From Octopus sinensis (lineage: Eukaryota), in assembly GCF_006345805.1 (NCBI RefSeq), contig NW_021833931.1:1-54018 (forward strand): a DNA stretch of 54,018 bases, written 5' to 3'. The position numbers and the translations under genes were made by a program. The number at the start of each line of letters is the position of its first letter. Within the stretch, counting starts at the first letter, position 1. This document shows positions 26,898-39,768 of this stretch, in pieces. The notes beneath the pieces are model-generated. The model saw only the letters and a list, made by a program, of their open reading frames with translations. It ran no database searches and had not been told where the DNA came from.

Positions 26898-27281
26898 GTG
26901 GAAGCACTCCGTCGGTTACGACGATGAGGGTTCCGGTTGATCCGAATCAACGGAACAGCCTGCTCGTGAAATTAACGTGTATGTGGCTGAGCACTCCCCA
27001 GACACGTGTACCCTTAACGTAGTTCTCGGGGATATTCAGCGTGACACAGAGAGTGACAAGGCCGGCCCTTTGAAATACAGATACAACAGAAACAGAAAGT
27101 AAGAGTGAGAGAAAGTTGTGGTGAAAGGGTAAAGCAGGGATCACCACCATCCCCTGCCGGATCCTCGTGGAGCTTTAGGTGTTTTCGCTCAATAAACACT
27201 CACAACGCCCGGTCTGGGAATCGAAACCGCGATCCTATGACCGCGAGTCCACTGCCCTAAACACTGGGCCATTGCGCCTCC
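26898..27281 (-). mobile_element. Full-length SINE family A
   Basis: Reverse complement of 4784-5173; TSD TGATGATCAATT at 26886-26897 and 27282-27293. Confidence 0.92.
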
Positions 27282-27587
27282 TGATGATCAATTACAGCGG
27301 TTCCCACTCAGGGCTGCCAAAGTATATTTTGTAATGGTGATATCAAAACACCAAAAAGCACCAGAGTCAGAATATCAATTTTAAAATCATATAAAATATC
27401 TGAAGTAAAGAAAGATAGATTTAACATCGTTATAAGAGAACTCTATCACCAACTACCCTCTTGATGGATGTCTTCTTTTCTCATAAAAACTTGTGTGTTC
27501 ACAGGCCACGAGACCGGTAAGCTTTATGCGGTTAATGTTCTGTTTAATCAGCTGCATGGTTTGGCAACCATGGCAACCAAGGCAACC

Positions 27588-27819
27588 AAGGCGGTGAGCT
27601 GGCAGAAAAGTTAGCACGCCGGGCGAAATGCTTAGCGGTATTGCGTCTGCGTTACGTTGTGAGTTCAAATTCCGCCGAGGTCGACTTTGCCTTTCATCCT
27701 TTCGGGGTCGATAAATTAAGTACCAGTTACGCACTGGGGTCGATGTAATCGACTTAATACCTATGTCTGTCCTTGTTTGTCCGCTCTGTGTTTAGCCCCT
27801 TGTGGGTAATAAAGAAATA
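27588..27819 (+). mobile_element. Full-length SINE family B
   Basis: Family B head, core and tail; TSD GGTTTGGCAACCA at 27558-27570 and 27820-27832. Confidence 0.9.
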
Positions 27820-28499
27820 GGTTTGGCAACCAGAGAAAAACTTCTAGGCGACTGATGTTCAAGGAAGGAAATACAAGGCTGTGAGGCAATGTGGAGTTAA
27901 GAGTATGAAGAAGAATATAAAACTATAAATCGGCGGTACTCGAGTGATGGACTAACAAAATCAGGTAGCTCCGGAAACAGAGGATATAAGCGACGGAAGC
28001 GGGAGCACGTACGTGAGTTAGAGCTTCAACATATTAGTTTATGATGGAATGTCAATAAGTCAAGCAGCGCGTTTCTGGATGCAGTTGATAATGCCTACGA
28101 GCGCAGAGTAGCACTGATCAATACATGGAAGCAGTAACCTGGAGTGTGCCTCTTGCATTCCTTTACAATGCTTTTGTAGAGGATTCCACATCATGCAGTT
28201 AATGTCTCGGAATAAATTTTGATTTTATGGAGATACTTAAATGTGAAATTTCTCAGAGGCACGATAGTTAGATTTAATTTTGTTGAGTAAGGAGGAAAAT
28301 CTCAGTAGCTACTAAGGAATGAGGCACCATTAGAAATGAATTTTGACAAGAATGACATGCAATATCCATCGCCACGATTTTGATGAAAGCTGTTAAACCA
28401 AAATTTTGTGGGAGGTTTTCTGCTCGACGATTAATGTATCATATGATATCTATTATTGATTTTTTCCAATGTTTTTCAAGGACTAGGTTCAAAAATTTC

Positions 28500-29720
28500 C
28501 TAACAAATAAGATCAGAGATTTTGGCCTTTCCTAAATAAAATTTGTTGGGAGCAATGCCTCAAGTAACTCAAAATTGCCAAACAGTTCACAAGATAAAAA
28601 AAAAGAAAGAAAAGTGCTAAAACATCCATAAAACAGCGTATAACAACGTGGAAACCTGACGTAAAAAATAACGATGACGATGATCTTGATCATAATGGTG
28701 AACACTTCGAGAACGATAAAGCTGATGATGCGCTTAGGACTTGGGCTTAAATATGGAAGCATATTTCTGATTATCTCTTCCAAATAACACTGCAATCCAG
28801 TGCACATTTTAGACGCATACAAGTGCAACGTACGCAGATTTGAGGAAATTCACAATTCAAGCGACATTTGCCTACACCTTTGACTCCTATCATAACACTA
28901 GTATTATAGCTGGAAAATCCATAAAATTTTCGAAGTTGATTTCATAAAAAAAAAAATAAATAAAACATTAAAAAATACTCTTTACAAGAGATAAATTCCG
29001 AAAGATGTTGGATAACTTCCCAGAGATGAGTAATTAACTTCCATTAGATATCTGTACAGACTATTGTAATTTCAATATCATAATATCTAAGCCACAACAA
29101 TAACTTGTTTGAGATTAGAAATATCTCTTGCCTGATCAATAAGATGAGAAAATTCCGTCACCTTCAGTTTGGATACAAGTTTATTAAAGATATGTTCACT
29201 GATCATATTAGAAAATAATTAGCTTCCTTTGGTCCTAACACACTGGATATTCTGTTCTATTTTTGGCTTGAGACAAACAGGGGCTGCGATGATAACCTAA
29301 CAGAGGTAAATAACCTAAGAGAGAAAACAGTAAATTGTGTTCTGTAATAAATCGACATAGCTTAATTTCAGCAGCAATGTCTATACTGAAGGAAGAGGGG
29401 ATTGACAAAGTGACACAAAAATCAGATAATTTGAAGTGTTTTATTGATTTTAGATTTATTTGATATTTTTCTATTACTGTAAATCCTTCAATTTGACTTG
29501 GACTGACAGAATTTGCTGACAATGTCAAAGAGAAAATTTTTTCATGTGTAAACAATTAACAATCAAGATGATGCTTTTCTGTGGAAAAAACTACGAAATT
29601 TGCTTCTTTTATAGAAGTGTTATCTTTATCATTCTCGTTGTTGTTTAAGAAAATATCTTTATTGCGTCTAGGGAGAGTCACTACGTCAATATTAATAACA
29701 CACTGATGGGATAGAAGACA
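28500..29720 (-). pseudogene. Decayed hAT-superfamily transposase
   Basis: Collinear minus-strand pieces AAEIKLCRFITEHNLLFS, CTDISNG (like DESTDIS), HLYASKMC...EEIIRNMLPYLSPSPKR (CxxH region) and LRQVST (like LRHVxTRW); a possible hATC-like scrap (FLP*TSVA*KFFS) lies at about 27835-27875. Confidence 0.6.
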
Positions 29721-30900
29721 CAGACAATCCCTAGATGAACAATCTGTAAAATGAAATATTGGCGTAATGACTCGCTCAAGACACAACAAAATTTGTTTCA
29801 ACACACGACTTCACATAAAGAATCAGGTAAACAAACAACAAAAACAAAGTAAAATATCTTTATTTATCATCGTTATTTCTGTCGTTCACATTGCTCGAAA
29901 TTTTAGTTTTCTATCTAAATTTACGGACAATTATCAATGTCCACAAAGATATGGTTATATTCATTGGAATTACTGGGATGAGGGATATAAACCCGGCCGC
30001 CTATTTGCTAATTTACAAGAGACAGAAAACAATAACAACAGTTGCAGTATTAGTGTCACTGATGCTCTTGTCTGTGTATTTTGCCGTATGAGCTGTTGCT
30101 GTTGTGGTGATCGTACCGGTAGAGATGGCGTATGTTACAACAAATATGATACACTGACTTTCTGCCTGTAACTGCTACGTACAGTTTTGAGTTGCCTGTC
30201 AGATTGATCAGGTCTTAAAAGTATTCCATACTTCATGAACCGCTAGAATCAATAGTTCGATATTCTAACCCAATTCGATTTGCTTCTGCAGCCTCTGGGA
30301 TTCTAGAATGAGAGTGATGTATTTTATGTCGAAGACAACTGCCGTCACCAATCAGAAGATATTTATTTCTGGGTGCACATTGAAATTATTATACTTATTA
30401 TTCTACTGTATCATATTTTACACCAAAGTGACATATGTTTTTGTGCCTCAAATCTATCTGAGGTTCTATTCTATTCGCTTCTGTGATGTTTGGGCTGTTT
30501 TCCGGTTGTGTTTTCCTATTGTTCTATAAGTTACTAATTTGTTGCCCATTGAATTCATGGAACTAAATAGTATCGGCTAGATCTTGTAACAAAGTTTATA
30601 GTAATTTTTAATTCTTGAGACGTTATCTTAACGGTAATTTTAGTGGAAATGGATTAGTAGGCTACATCGACCCCAATACTCGATTAGTACTTTATTTCTC
30701 CGACTCCAAAAGGATGAGAAGCATCTTACCGACACGGTACTTCAGTCGATGTCACACTGGTCGCAAGCCATTCCCATTTTGCTTGTAAATAAGAACCGTC
30801 GCAGTTTCTGCTGAATAAATATTTGTGATGGTGGTGGTAGATATGCTGTTGCTACTGGTGATGGTGGTGGTTGTGGCAGTGGTAGTGTCTTTGCTAATTT

Positions 30901-31124
30901 AAGGCGGCAAGCTGGCAGAAACGTTAGCACGTCGGGCCAAATGCGTAGCCGTATTTCGTCTGCCGTTACGTTCAGAGTTCAAATTCCGCTGAGGTCGACT
31001 TTGCCTTTCATCCTTTCGTGGGTCGATAAATTAAGTACCAATTACGCACTAGGGTCGATATAATCGACTTAATCCGCTTGTTTGTCCCTTCTGTGTTTAG
31101 CCCCTTGTGGGTAGTAACGAAATA
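30901..31124 (+). mobile_element. Full-length SINE family B
   Basis: Family B sequence; TSD GGTAG(T/A)GTCTTTGCTA at 30881-30896 and 31125-31140. Confidence 0.88.
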
Positions 31125-31565
31125 GGTAGAGTCTTTGCTAGTGTTGTTATTGCTTCTGAGTGACACTGTTCTATCTTGTTCATGTGATGGTGATAGTGGT
31201 GTGAAAAGTTTTAGCAACGGAAATTTAGCTTCAAATTTTCCCTGTACCGTGTTGTTGTTACTGTTACTGTTGCTTTGCTGTTCCTGCTGCTTCTGCTCTC
31301 ACTGGATTTTACAATTTCACTGAGCTGTTTTATAGAGAGCTGGCTGTTCTTTTCAGCGGATGAACAATCCCCGTCCGCATTTTCAATTTTTTAACAAAAA
31401 TTGAGGTGTAGTTTTCCTAAACAACCCTCAATTTACTCATTATGTGCTACAGATTTTAAAAGAATTAAATAACTCACTAAGTTCTTGGTTAGTTTATCCA
31501 AAAACGACGAAAATTTCAGTATATAGTTTTGCGTAGCAATAATAACAGCAAACATTGGAAGCGAT

Positions 31566-31940
31566 ACATTATTTACATTTGACGGATAGTTGTCCTCATC
31601 TTTTTTGTTGTTAACACTTTCGGCTGAATTATCCACGGGCATACGTCGTTGTGGTTAAGAGCGCAGGCTACAAACCCCAAAATTCCGAGTTCGATTCCAA
31701 GCAGTGACCTGAATAACAATAACAACAACACTACAACAATAATAATAATATTTATAACAACAGCAACATCGAAAAATACCTTAGGAATGAGAACCCAGGT
31801 TCGAAATTTCCTCAAGACACTGGAGGGTATATCAGCCGAAACGTTGTGTTAACAACAAATAAGATGAGAACAAATATCCGTCAAATGTAAATAATGTAAA
31901 TAATTTACATAATTCCTCATCCCTTAAATATAGAACTGTA
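31566..31940 (+). mobile_element. tRNA-containing short element with terminal inverted duplication and a hammerhead remnant
   Basis: 31566-31627 is inverted at 31832-31897; tRNA-like 31637-31710 (TGTGGTTAAG, B box GAGTTCGATTCC); ACAC...CAGCC-GAAA-CGTT-GTGT at 31817-31849. Confidence 0.7.
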
Positions 31941-31975
31941 TAGAGAGCGATGTGCAAAACGTGTCAATAGCACAA

Positions 31976-32092
<117 letters not shown>

Positions 32093-32416
32093 GTAGTAAT
32101 GGTGGTGGTGGTGGTGGTGGTAGTAGTAGTAGTTGTAGTAATGTATAATCGTAATAATAATGGGATCGCCTGGTGTACAATTTCTGCTTAACACTTGGGT
32201 TATCTTGTCAAACATAGTTAACTCCATGGATTTTATAAATAAATCATTATTTTCTATTAACTACCATCATACGTTATCTGGTTTCTTTCAGTAGACATAA
32301 CCATATTGATAATGTAGTGTAAGCGAATAGATCATTAAGCCTGAACATAAGACTCTAATCTCGTCGTTATTATTGTTGTGGTTGCTGTTGCTAGTGGTGA
32401 CTGTATAATGAATAAT

Positions 32417-32496
<80 letters not shown>

Positions 32497-32529
32497 TTAC
32501 TACTACTACTACTACTACTACTATACTAC

Positions 32530-32567
<38 letters not shown>

Positions 32568-32779
32568 GAAAGGATCGAATGTAAATGGATATTGTGAGAA
32601 GCTAAGGAAGCTTCAACAACCAAGGGATGTGATATCCGTAGAGATATTTTAAGTGTTTTCGATGTAATGATATTTTGTAATCTATACACTATAATTGCTG
32701 TTTAGTTAGATATCTAATACTAGTTAATGTTACGTTGCTAAACACACTGCTACTGGCACACTCCTTCTCTACCTCACTC

Positions 32780-32850
<71 letters not shown>

Positions 32851-32879
32851 TGAAACAAATATATATAACATAAAAAATA

Positions 32880-34990
32880 CAAAAATCTAGTAGTATCCAA
32901 ACTGAATAATGAAGAACACTACGAAAAAATGAATGAATACACCCCACCAAAAAATAATAGTATACCTCTTTTCACTAATCCAAACCCACGGAAAAGACCT
33001 AACAAAAAAAAATAGACTATTTAACAAAATTTCAATGTAACCCCAGCCTATTCTATGGTCTACCGGAAATACACAAAATTCAAGCTATAAACGAAGCCAT
33101 AAAAAAATCACCAAAGGCATACATACATACACCAGCACCAGGAAACCTAAAGTTACTGCCCATTATATCTGAACCATCCTGTGAAACTTGCCTCATGGAC
33201 ATCCTCCTGAAACCATTTCTAAAATACATCAAAAGTTACATTAGAGATGACTTAGATATGCTAAATTACCTACCAGAAGAAGTCAACGAAGAAACAGCCT
33301 TGGTTTCATTTGTGATAAAACTATACTCTAATATACTCGATAATTATTGAACAAAAGCTATCCGGTTCTGGATGGACAAATATCCAGAAGAAGTACCAGA
33401 ACGGATCAAAAGAGATTTCATAATCGAATCAATAAAATCCGTCCTTCAAACAACCATTTCATGTTTGACACCACTGTTTATCGCCAAAAATTCGGAATTG
33501 ACATGGGAACCAGGGCAGCCCCGATCATTGCCAACCTAACAATGGACTATTTAGAAATAAGAATATATCAGTATTTATTTTCAAAATTTGGAAACCCTCT
33601 TTCCCAATACATAAAAGAAAATTAGAAAAGATTTTTAGTTGACTGCTTCATCCTTTGGAATGAAAACATAGATAAACTCCTGGAGTTCAAAGGACTCCTT
33701 AATAGTGCACTATTTACAATGGAACACAACCAAGAGGAACTCCCATTCCTAGACATAGTGGTTTAAAAAATGAGCAAAAGAAGAAACGGACATTTTTTTA
33801 CAAAACTACAGATGCTAAACGATATCTATTATTTAGGTCATGCCATTCGAAACATACCAAAGCAAATATCCCCTCTAACTTTGCAAGAAGGATTTGCATC
33901 ATAGAGTCCAAAAATACCAAAGAACTACGATTGCAAAAACGTACTCCCGGACAGACTCTACCCAATTTAACTCATAAATGAAGGGATTAAACGTGCAAAA
34001 TCGATTGACATAAAAATATTAAGAAAGGACGAAACAGTAACACACCTACTCTAAAATCACTACCTTATGTTTTCACATATAACCCCAGAAACAAAGAAGC
34101 GTTTAACATCATTGTCCAAAATTTCCCAATACTCCATAAGGACCCCAAACTGAAGGAAATTCTACCTACCCATAAAATCCCTGAAAACAGTAAACAACCA
34201 AAGCATTCAATAAGGTCCTCACAAATGCAAAGTTATTCTCAAGCATAACAGACGCCAGAGTAAAATAGTGTGGTCCTCCTAACTGCAGAACATGTGCAAA
34301 TCTTTTGGAAGGATCAGAGTTCCATTTTAGATAAGGGCAAAAATTCAAAATTAAATCCAACGTCACTTGCGCCTCTGAAAACCTCATTTATATAATCAGA
34401 TGCTCGGGCTGCCATGCAAACTATGGTCGACAGAAATGTCGGTCATTCGGAGAAGTACAGTCCACAGACAATAGATATATTCCCCATAATATCATCAGAT
34501 ATATCTTAGTGAATACATTGACAGATGTGCAGAACAACTGCAACCACAATACCTAATCTTCCCATTTTATCAATTTTCTGTTTGAACCTCAATGCAAATA
34601 TGACTAAATAAAGAGCCCTTATTTATCGAAAAATATAAGCCAGAATTAAATATAAATCCATACTGAAAATGAAACATTTATCATATCAATTGTAAAATAT
34701 AAGCCAGAATCAAATGTAGACTAAAATTAAAAATTACAGGTTTACACCCACTTTACTGAAAAATACATTGCTTACCAATTATCGTCCTAGTAGACAAAAT
34801 GTCTAATCCAGAATTGCATCCAAAATTCAAAATTTGAATAGTGATAATGAAACGGGTTATTATGTTGGAAGAAAAATATCTTATTTTTTTACAATATTGC
34901 ATAATACTTTTGCTATTATGATTCTAATATATTCTTTTGTCTTGTAAAACAAATCTTCTGTGTTTTTCGTATATATTCAACCACGTGTAA
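32880..34990 (+). mobile_element. Decayed Penelope-like element (Neptune-type; RT + GIY-YIG), 5'-truncated, between TA tracts
   Basis: FYGLPEIHK, YRQKFGIDMGTRAAPIIANLTMDYLE, KRFLVDCF (degenerate YLDD), LPFLDI, CGPPNCRTC and TCASENLIYIIRCSGC; many stops and frameshifts. Confidence 0.9.
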
Positions 34991-35028
34991 TCATACCATA
35001 CTTTCTACCTTATATATACATACATACA

Positions 35029-35076
<48 letters not shown>

Positions 35077-36809
35077 CTGCTGGTAGTATGCCCAGTTATT
35101 CATACCCAAGTGCTGGTTATTGCTTGGCAATCTCGCAATTGAGTGTTACATATGGGTGGGGATAAAAAGCGGTTTACACTTTATTTATACGGCCATTCTT
35201 TCTATTTCTATTACACTTTATATTGATAGCATCCTTTTTTATCTCTCAAATGAAAATAAAAGTCAATACATGCAATTTAATATTGTCACGGTTTCATAAT
35301 GCTTTTGTTTCGTGCTCAAAGAGAAATAATGACAGGATTTTTTTCTTTATCTTTTTATCAGGAGGAAAGCTAGTATCGAGGGCTCTTTGTTGGACGTCTG
35401 CGTCTGGTGAGAATGAGGTATGTATTTGCAAAACGGTCTTTTCTGCTATCTGTCAAGCCGGAGACGAATTAAGGCTTCCCTCAAATACGCTATGTGGAGA
35501 TTTAAACACAATGAATTGGAACAAGTACCGCAAAGCATTTAGTCTGACGCTTTGGCAATTCTGCCAGTGAATCGCTTGCTCTGGTTTTGGTCCATCCAAG
35601 TATCAGATTCTGAGAGAAGGGGATAAATAGATACCAGTATTTGACTAGTAATTTACTTAGCACCTCGAAGTATAAAACTCGTATTTGACTTCAATGGGAT
35701 TTGAACTTACAGCCGCACACTGTTATGGTAGGATGTAAGTGGTGCTATGGATTAAGAGAATCGTTACTGTGTTAGAGTATCTTGCCCATTTTGTTCCGGC
35801 TCTTTCTAAATATTTATTTCGTGGAGGTCAAAGTTGCCTGACATCGTTTGGAAGTTGATGGAATAGAATAACTCTTAAATGTCGTGGAGTCGGTGTAATT
35901 AACTAAATGTTCTCCTCGAAAATGTTTTCCCTGTGCCTCAATCAGAAGTAATTAAATTAGGAGATTAAATTTTGTGTTGTGCATGAAACTAAAAGAGTGA
36001 TTTCTTGGTTGATGATTGAATGAATTTCAAATGCAGCAGGTTTATAGAAGCAAGTGCCGCTAGTGACATGAATTTTTAAAGACGGAAACGGAAAAACAAA
36101 CAAAAAAATATATATACAAACCATGTTGGCTACTCTAGGTTTTTTTGTGAGCTCGAAGAGTTGCAAGACTAATTTAACCACGGCCAGAATTATGTATTAT
36201 GTGATTTTTATGAAAGGAAATTGTGTAAAAGCCAAAATATAGAGAAAGCCTCATACTGTTGCTAAAGGCTTTAGCAGAATATCGTTCAACTCCCACCCAA
36301 CCGTCTTAGAAAAAGTAAAAGAACGATAGAATGATTGGAGAGAAATTGTCCCAAAGAACACGAGAGAATTGTTAATGCTACAACGTTTTTGATCAAAGCC
36401 CAGCCTAATTAGAACTGAATGGTGCTAAACAACGTTATGTAACAAATGTAGATAATTTCTTTATAATCGTAAGCAGCATGTGCAACTTATCACTTTCGAT
36501 AAACCCTGTTGTGAAATATCTATGTTTTCTCTTCTTTCTTTTTCTTTCCTTTTGTTTTACAAACACAGCTATACCTAGCATCTAACTTAATTCTACCGTT
36601 TACAAGCAGTGAATTATGTGTGAGTTATCTCAGGCAAGTTTTGTCTAGTGAATGTTTTAAAAAAAGATGGGTGAATGTAGCAAGGATGGCACGTATGAAT
36701 GACGAAGCCACCTTGACTATGATTCTATGAACCGTAAAAATTAATACAGAGAGTTGCTTATTTGCAAAAAAAAGAAAAAAGAAATATAACATGTGACTTC
36801 ATTGACCGA

Positions 36810-37112
36810 GGTTACCGTGGTCTTTTCCGTAGGCTTTTCTTTCCACGGGTAAACCTCACCCGTCCTCCCCTTTACACTTCATATTGACATTTTTGTGATA
36901 ACGTTCCCTATTGAACAATTTTTTTCCTTTCCCGTTTTTTCCTCACCCCCATTTTTAAAAAAATTATTTCCCCCTTTTTTGTCCTCTATCTTTCCCTTTA
37001 CGATCCCTTTTGATCGAAAACCAACCCCCCTTTTTTTACCCCCAAAAGAAAAGCCCTACCTTGTAATTTTGTCCTGTCAGTGTGCAGCCCTGTGTGGCTA
37101 ATAAAGAAACAT
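36810..37112 (+). mobile_element. Probable LINE 3' UTR fragment whose tail resembles SINE family B
   Basis: Ends TTGTCCTGTCAGTGTGCAGCCCTGTGTGGCTAATAAAGAAA versus SINE B TTGTCCGCTCTGTGTTTAGCCCCTTGTGGGTAATAAAGAAA. Confidence 0.45.
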
Positions 37113-37194
37113 ATCTCATTCTATTTAGTAACAAATTAACATATCAGGCTAACAAATAAACATATAGAGAGATTGTGGAACACATCAAAGCAAT

Positions 37195-37555
37195 TTATTT
37201 CATCTTTTATCTTTTACATGTTTCAGTAGTTTGACTACAGCCATGTTGGGGCACCACATTGAAGGATATTTAGTCGAATGAATCAACCCTAGTACTTTTT
37301 TTAAAACTTGATTCTTATAATCTCAATGTCCTTTGCCGAACCAACACACACCAGCACTAGTAGTCAAGTGAGGGTGGGGCCCAAATATAAGGTCGCACAC
37401 ACACACGGACACAAACTTCTTCAGTTTCCCTGTACCAAATCAACTCACACAGCTTTAGTTGGATCGAGGCGTCGTGAGGAGCCATGCAATTGGAATGATA
37501 CTTAGAATAATGTTATTGGGAGGCAAAGTTCTTGCGACACAGACACGCCTGTGGC
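37195..37555 (-). mobile_element. Old diverged SINE family C copy
   Basis: TGTTTCAGTAGTTTGACTACAGCCATGTTGGGGCACC and CTTCTTCAGTTTCCCTGTACCAAATCAACTCACA match the reverse complement of family C. Confidence 0.7.
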
Positions 37556-37834
37556 GATTTTGATAGAATTCCCATAATCTAAGTTTTATATAATGGAATA
37601 AATCTATTTAGCATTTTAAATTAAGTTTTATTCTCATTTCATTGTTCCTATAGTAGACTAGTCAATATTGTATTAGTTTAATTCGGTACATAGAAAAGTA
37701 CGTTAATGTTTCTATAGAGATGTATCTGGTCATAAGAAAAGAACTTCATTCGACGTAAATCAGTATGCGTTTTAAAGAGTGTAATATATTATATTATAGA
37801 TGCGTGAGTGTGTGTGTATGTATGTGTATATATA

Positions 37835-37876
<42 letters not shown>

Positions 37877-38174
37877 TAATATATAATGTTTGTATAATTA
37901 ATATTAATATATACTGATGAGACTGGCCTTAGTAATATATATTTTTTACTGAAATTAGTCATTCCTTTCGAGAATTTAACAGTAATTAGTGGTTTGAGAT
38001 TTCTACTGCTCTTTCTAGCACAAGGCTTTCCTATTTGGAAGCCTCTTATGTGTTTTAATGTACACGATATTTTTTATATGTATGTATGTATGATATATAT
38101 ATATATATATCTATACAATATATATATATGTAAGTGTATGTACTTATGTATGTATATATATGTATATATATATG

Positions 38175-38208
<34 letters not shown>

Positions 38209-38240
38209 GTATATATATATGTATATATATATTATATATA

Positions 38241-39219
38241 TATTAATAAATGAAATAAAACATATGCAATATATAAACATATATGTACGTACCTACCTCT
38301 ACATGTACATATACACGCATATATTAGTACAGACACCAAAGGGACGTCGAACACAAAGAGAAACGAAAACATAGACACAAACCAAAAGAACAGGACATTT
38401 TTTTAAAAACAACAAAAAATGGAGTACAGGACAATTAACACAACGAAAAAACCCCTTCTTCAGTCGCTAAGGTTTCATCTACTCTACGTTTCGAAGGATA
38501 AAAGCGAGACGTATCTTCGACAAGAAACTTTCCTTCCAGCGAAAAGCAAATCAATTAAAATTCTGAGATCTTTTTGCAGAGGGGTAAAAAATGGTAAAAA
38601 AATGGTAAAAAAATGGTAAAAAAACAGGACAGTAACGACAGTACAAAAATATAAACAGTAAAAAAACAGTAAAAAAAAATATGTAAACAGTAAAAAATAT
38701 ATATATAACAGTAAAATACAGGACAGGGAAAACAAGATAAGAAGGGCTGTTGACGCCGAACGAAAAAAGTATTGCAAACGCAGAATTTTTTGTGAACGAA
38801 GAGAGAGCAGGAAAAGTCGTCCAGTTACCTTGAAAGGCAGGCTAGAAAGACAGATAGCAGTCAGGGCGGAAGTATCGTCGCGGATGGACGACGGGAAGGG
38901 GGGAGGAGGAGCAAGAGGAAGGGAGAGAAGAAGGGGAATGGTGCGAGGAGACCATGAAGAATGGTGAGGGGGAGAGAGAGAATGAAGAATGAGAGAGAGA
39001 GAGTAAGAGACAAGTTAAGTGGGGGAAAAGGAAATCAAAGAATAGGGAAGAAAGGTGAAGAGTGCGCGTGAGAGTTAATATCAAGGCGAAACTTGATATA
39101 CAGAACAATCTTACTTAAGAGGGTGCGTGCGTTTTGTCATATAATATATTAATAAATGAAATAAAACATATGCATATATATAAACATATATGTACGTACC
39201 TACCTCTACATGTACATAT

Positions 39220-39225
<6 letters not shown>
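38241..39225. mobile_element. Interspersed non-coding repeat, copy B, with an about 80-bp terminal direct repeat, in (TA)n
   Basis: TATTAATAAATGAAATAAAACATATGCA...CCTACCTCTACATGTACATATACAC at about 38241-38316 and 39147-39222; body matches 826-1340. Confidence 0.75.
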
Positions 39226-39279
<54 letters not shown>

Positions 39280-39387
39280 AGAATAGCCACCAAGGTGAAT
39301 TACTGATATGCTAGAAGATGCTAAATCGGTTTACCACGAAGAATAAGTTCTCAAAAATTTTAGCAAACTTCAGAATGTATGCGAGCA

Positions 39388-39767
39388 AGATAAATGAAAA
39401 GATACAAAATAGAGCAATTAAATCCATACCTTAATATTTCGCTATCAACTATCTTTAGCGTGATCATCCTTAGCTCTTCAGCGAAGTTGTTGCAGGAAAC
39501 ATAGTTCGAGGAGTTAGACACCACTGCAGAGTTCTTTCCGGTTTTGGCGCGCCAAAATGAAAACATTTGTAAAAGAGACACTGATATCTAATTGGCGGAA
39601 CTTTATGCATGTTTCCTGGTAATAGGACATTTTGTTTCTAGTTCCGTGAATTATGATTCCTGCAACGATTTCACTAAAGTGCTACAGATGATCACGTTAG
39701 CGATCGTTGAAAGCGAAATCTAAAGGTATGGAGTTAATTGCTCTATTTTGTAGCTTTTCATTTGTCT
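39388..39767. repeat. 131-bp ungapped imperfect inverted repeat (fold-back element or long hairpin)
   Basis: 39388-39518 versus 39637-39767: 108 of 131 Watson-Crick pairs by hand count, no indels; 118-bp loop. Confidence 0.9.
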
Positions 39768-39768
39768 A

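Noticed and set aside
37914-37965. CTGATGA...GAAATTAGTC hammerhead-like motif
   Set aside because: No pairing stem I, stem II does not close next to both core strands, and stem III is mismatched; at best a decayed relic
38450-38500. Minus-strand CCTTC-GAAACGT...CTGAAGA-AGGGG as a type II hammerhead (also at about 1028-1075)
   Set aside because: The intervening segment does not form stem I in either copy
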